Source of the DNA: Carcharhinus longimanus
Taxonomy: Eukaryota
NCBI GenBank assembly: GCA_030264375.1
Contig: JASCQW010000175.1
Location: forward strand, 11,555,646-11,619,645
Length of the DNA: 64,000 bases
Reading direction: 5' to 3'
Below the pieces are notes generated by a model, which was not told where the DNA came from, searched no databases, and saw only the letters and a list, made by a program, of their open reading frames with translations. Numbering within the stretch: position 1 is the stretch's first letter; each line of letters opens with the position of its first letter. The translations under genes and the position numbers were made by a program. Positions 60,240-64,000 of this stretch are shown one piece after another.

Positions 60240-62330
60240 TGAATATTCATCGAATCATCTTCACATTTCACAATGCTTCAAGTTTTGGTTCATCTGTGAA
60301 CTTTGAAATTGTGTTCTGCACACTGAAGGTTAAGTCATTGACATAAATCTAGAAAAGCAATGGTTTTATTAACAACCACTGGAGAGCCTGCTATATACCT
60401 TCCTCTAACCCAAAAACAGCCCTTTACTACCACTGTGTTCTTTGTCACTCAGTCAGCTTTGTATCCATGCTGTCACTGTCCTTTAATTCTATGGGCTTTA
60501 ACTTTACTGACAAGCCTATTATGTGGCACCACACCCACTGCATTACCTTTATCAGCCCTCTCTCACCTCTGTTAATTAAGCACAATTTTAATTTCACAGA
60601 TCTAGGCTGTCTTTCCTTACTTAATCCACATTTGTCCAAGCATCTGTTAATTTTGACCCAGATTACTGTTTCCCACTACTAAGATTGAATTGATTGGCCT
60701 TCAGTCACTGGGCTTTTTTTAATACAGGAGTGTAACCTTTGCAATTTTTCAGTCCTCTGGCACCATCACTCTATCCAAAATAGGAAGATTACGGCCGGTA
60801 TCTCTCCCATTTTCACTGTTACTTCCCTTTGCATCCATGGATGCATCTATTCCGGTCCTGGGACTTGTCAATTTAAAGTCCAGTCAAGACCTTTTTATTA
60901 ATGTTTAACTCATCTAGTGCCTCGATTATCTCCTCTTTATTTCAGTAGCATCTTCTTTCATGGTAAAGAGAAATGCAAAATTTCCATTCAGTACCTCAGC
61001 CAGTCCCTCTGCCTCCATGCTTAGATCCCTTTTTTTTGCTGCCTAATCCATTCACTCCTCTTTTTACTATTTGTGCATTTATGGAACACCTTTGGATTCC
61101 CTTTCATATTAGCTCCCAGTCTCCTCAAACTCTCTGTTTGCTTCTTGTTTCTTTTTCCACTTCCTCTGTGAACCTTCTGTATTTGGCTTGATTATCACTT
61201 GTATATGAACCCGATACCTGTCATAAACAACCTTTTGCTTCTTCCTCTTAATCTCCATCTCTTTTGTCATCCAGTGAGCTCTGCTTTGGTTGTTCTACCT
61301 TTCCTGCTCACGGGAATATATTTTGATCATACCAGAGCCATCTCCTCTACCAGCCCGTTGTCATTACGGTTTTATCTTTGATTCCAGGTAACCTGGGCCA
61401 GATCTGTTCTCATTCAATTGAAATGACTGTCAGGCATTTTCATTCTGGATTGCTCCTTGGATTTTTTCATAGCTAACATAAACCTTATGATACTATAATC
61501 ATCCTCAAAGTGTTCCGCTACTGACAATTAATTCCCTTATCCCAGCTCAGTGCTCAGAATTAGATCCAGCAATGCCTCCTTCCTCACAGGTGAACACACT
61601 GCCTATAATACTATTATTATCCCAGTCTATATTAGGATAATTAAATTCCCTCATTGTAAACACTCTGTAGGTTTTGCACCTGTTTATAATTCTTTGCAAA
61701 TTCGGTCCTCTATCTTTTTCCACTGTTGGGAGCCTACAGGATGCACCCAGTAGTATCATTGTAGCTCTAATACTACCCCATCCTCCTCTCTTTCCCTATC
61801 TTTCCTCTACTTCTAAAATATTTAGTATACAGTCTTTCTCTTTTTTGATTCAGTTCTCCATTATCGCCACAACATCATATTCCCATTTAGCCTGCTGGAC
61901 ATGCTGTTCACAGAACCTTATTAACCACACTTCTTGCATTCACACACATGTGCTGTAAACTCAATTTAGTCCTTACTGCATTCCTCTTAATTCTGACCCC
62001 ACTATGGAGCTGGTTGTCTCTTCAATTCTTTGTGCACCTTGTTTTTACTCCTGAATATTACATTCTGATTCCCATCCCTTGCCAACTTAATTTAAACCCT
62101 TCCCTATAGACTAGTAAACTACCTTGCAAGGGCATTGGTCCTAGTTCTATTGAGGTTAACCCTTTCGGCCTGTACAGGTTCCACATCTCCCAGAACCAGT
62201 CCTAATGTCCCAGGAATGTAAAGCTCTCCCACCTGCACCATCTCGCCATCCACTCGTTCATCCATTCTGTTCTCCTATTTCTATACTCACTCGCATTTGG
62301 CACAGGGACTAACCTGGAGATTACTGCCTT
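60240..62330 (-). mobile_element. Long, heavily decayed CR1 LINE (ORF1, endonuclease, RT)
   Basis: Minus-strand FNYPNIDW endonuclease-region motif (ORF 61547-61759) plus RT remnants near 60250-60800. Confidence 0.7.
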
Positions 62331-62628
62331 CAGTTTGGAACTATATTGCCATTCCTTCACTGTTCCTGGGTCAAAATTCTGGAAGTTCCTTCTAAACAGC
62401 TCTGAGTGTGCTCACACCACATAGACCGCAGCAGCTGAAGAAAATGGCTCAAGGGCAATTAAGGATGGGAAATTAAACTGCTGGTCTAGCAGCGATGCTC
62501 ACATCCCATGAAATAATTTATATTAAATGATCCTGTGTACCAATTTCTTTCCTGGCTCCTTAAAATTTGTTTGTTGAATTTCATTTCTCTGTCTATCTAT
62601 GCCATTGGTATCACGATCTAATTTTTTT

Positions 62629-62902
62629 TAAGTTTACTTATTAGTGTCACAAGAAGGCTTACATTAACACTGCAATGAAGTTACTGTGAAAATCTCCTAG
62701 TCGCCACACTCTGGCGCCTTTCAGGTGCACTCGGGGAGAATTTAGCACGGCCAATGCCCCCTAACCAGCACGTCTTCCGGACTATGGGTGAAAACTGGAA
62801 CACCCAGAGGAATCCTATGCAGACTCCACACAGACAATGATCCAAGCTGGGAGTTGAACCTGGGCTCCTGGTGCTGTGAGGCAGCAGTGGTGCCACTGTG
62901 CC
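62629..62902 (-). mobile_element. HE1-like V-SINE, type-B tail
   Basis: Tail GATTTTCACAGTAACTTCATTGCAGTGTTAATGTAAGCCTTCTTGTGACACTAATAA. Confidence 0.85.
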
Positions 62903-63639
62903 ATTCTGTGGTTGTTCTGAGTGTCCTGCAGCTGCTCAGTGACATCCTTGACCATGGCACCAGGTAGCTACAAACATCCTGATTATAGGATTACACTGTT
63001 TTCCCAGTCTTCCTCCTGTCCCCCTGCACAGCTGAGTCAGACATCATGCTATGACCTTGGCTGTAGCTGAACTTCCTAGAGGAACCAGAACTCGCATTGG
63101 CATTCAGACCACAATCCTTGAGTTCCTATTTGGAAAGGATATGCATTGAACAGGACTGATGTGCCCTGCTATGCCTGACTGACTTCACAGAAATAAACAT
63201 AAGACTTAAAAATGTACTTACCAGCCACATGCCAATCGGCTGTTTCCCTTGTGTAAATGTCAATTCATTTTATAGATTAATTGAAATGAAAAATAACATT
63301 TATTTAGATATATGTCTACTTAAATATACCATTTAAAACTTGCCAGCTTAATCTATTAGGCAATTAACTCATTTCTTAGTTTGACCCACTGCCCTCATGT
63401 AGAGTAATAGAGAATGGTAATATTCACCAGCCAAAATGTCTTGATTATTTTTTCACTGGATATGCACCACCTGTCCTCTGCTGCTGCTTCTCATTTCTGC
63501 ATTGAGACAAGATCATTTCTGATCTGAGTACTTTCATCACCAGAGTTTTACTCTGATTATATAAACAGAAAATGGTCAGTTACTGAGGTTAAGGGTAAAT
63601 TGTGGCCCTCTCTTTGGGCACAGTAGTTATCCAACAGTA

Positions 63640-63836
63640 AACAAAAGATAAAGTCACCATAGTCCCAGATGAACATAGGCTGACAGGATTTAACCAAAGG
63701 AGCCCCACACCTGAGGCAAGGGAAAGGCCGAGAAGGCAGCTTTTCATCAATAACCTCTGCCGGTATGGGAATTGAACCCACACTGTTGGCATTGCTGTAC
63801 ATGACAAACCAGCTGTCCAACCAACTGAGCTAAACC
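63640..63836 (-). mobile_element. Short tRNA-derived SINE, third family
   Basis: TTAGCTCAGTTGG A-box, GGGTTCAATTCC B-box, tail GGACTATGGTGACTTTATCTTT. Confidence 0.7.
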
Positions 63837-64000
63837 TTCCCCTGTTCTTCTACAACACTACGGTGGCCAACATGATAGTCTTTGCATTGGTGATGTGATA
63901 GGCAGCAGGTTCCCAGTCCGTACCACCCACCAATGGCACGTTACATATGAAGAGGGTGAATTGAGGTCCCTAGAACTTCCTTTGAGGACAGTGCAAAGTT

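Noticed and set aside
4701-63836. tRNA genes
   Set aside because: The A/B-box sequences are SINE heads running straight into SINE bodies; I saw no complete cloverleaf.
1-64000. Most ORF-track entries as genes
   Set aside because: They are short, often start at non-ATG codons, span N-gaps, or are translations of SINEs and LINEs (e.g. the recurring WLALLPHS...GHCLCGVCTFS).

Overview
Vertebrate draft-scaffold DNA with nine N-gaps. The repeat families (HE1-like V-SINEs, CR1, L2, Rex1/Babar, Penelope) point to a cartilaginous fish (shark/ray). The window holds the 5' half of one + strand gene, the splicing regulator RBFOX2. Four phase-0 coding exons splice into 158 uninterrupted codons: 10276-10302 (MERKTMVSQ, missed by the ORF track), 34418-34666, 42784-42927 (NAGNAG acceptor) and 51820-51873 (first half of the RRM). 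I did not find the next RRM exon (GFGFVTF...) in the window. The rest is intron, rich in decayed and often nested retroelements. Best leads: a candidate extra 29-codon first exon at 22486-22572; a V-SINE subfamily whose 3' tail mimics the Rex1 LINE tail instead of the CR1 tail; an apparently intact minimal hammerhead ribozyme in a Penelope end (37656-37694, - strand); a ~150-bp-arm foldback downstream of the last exon; and UGCAUG (RBFOX's own motif) clusters near its exons. There is no prokaryotic-type system such as CRISPR or an operon. Family names come from recognising motifs, not from database searches, and repeat boundaries are approximate.
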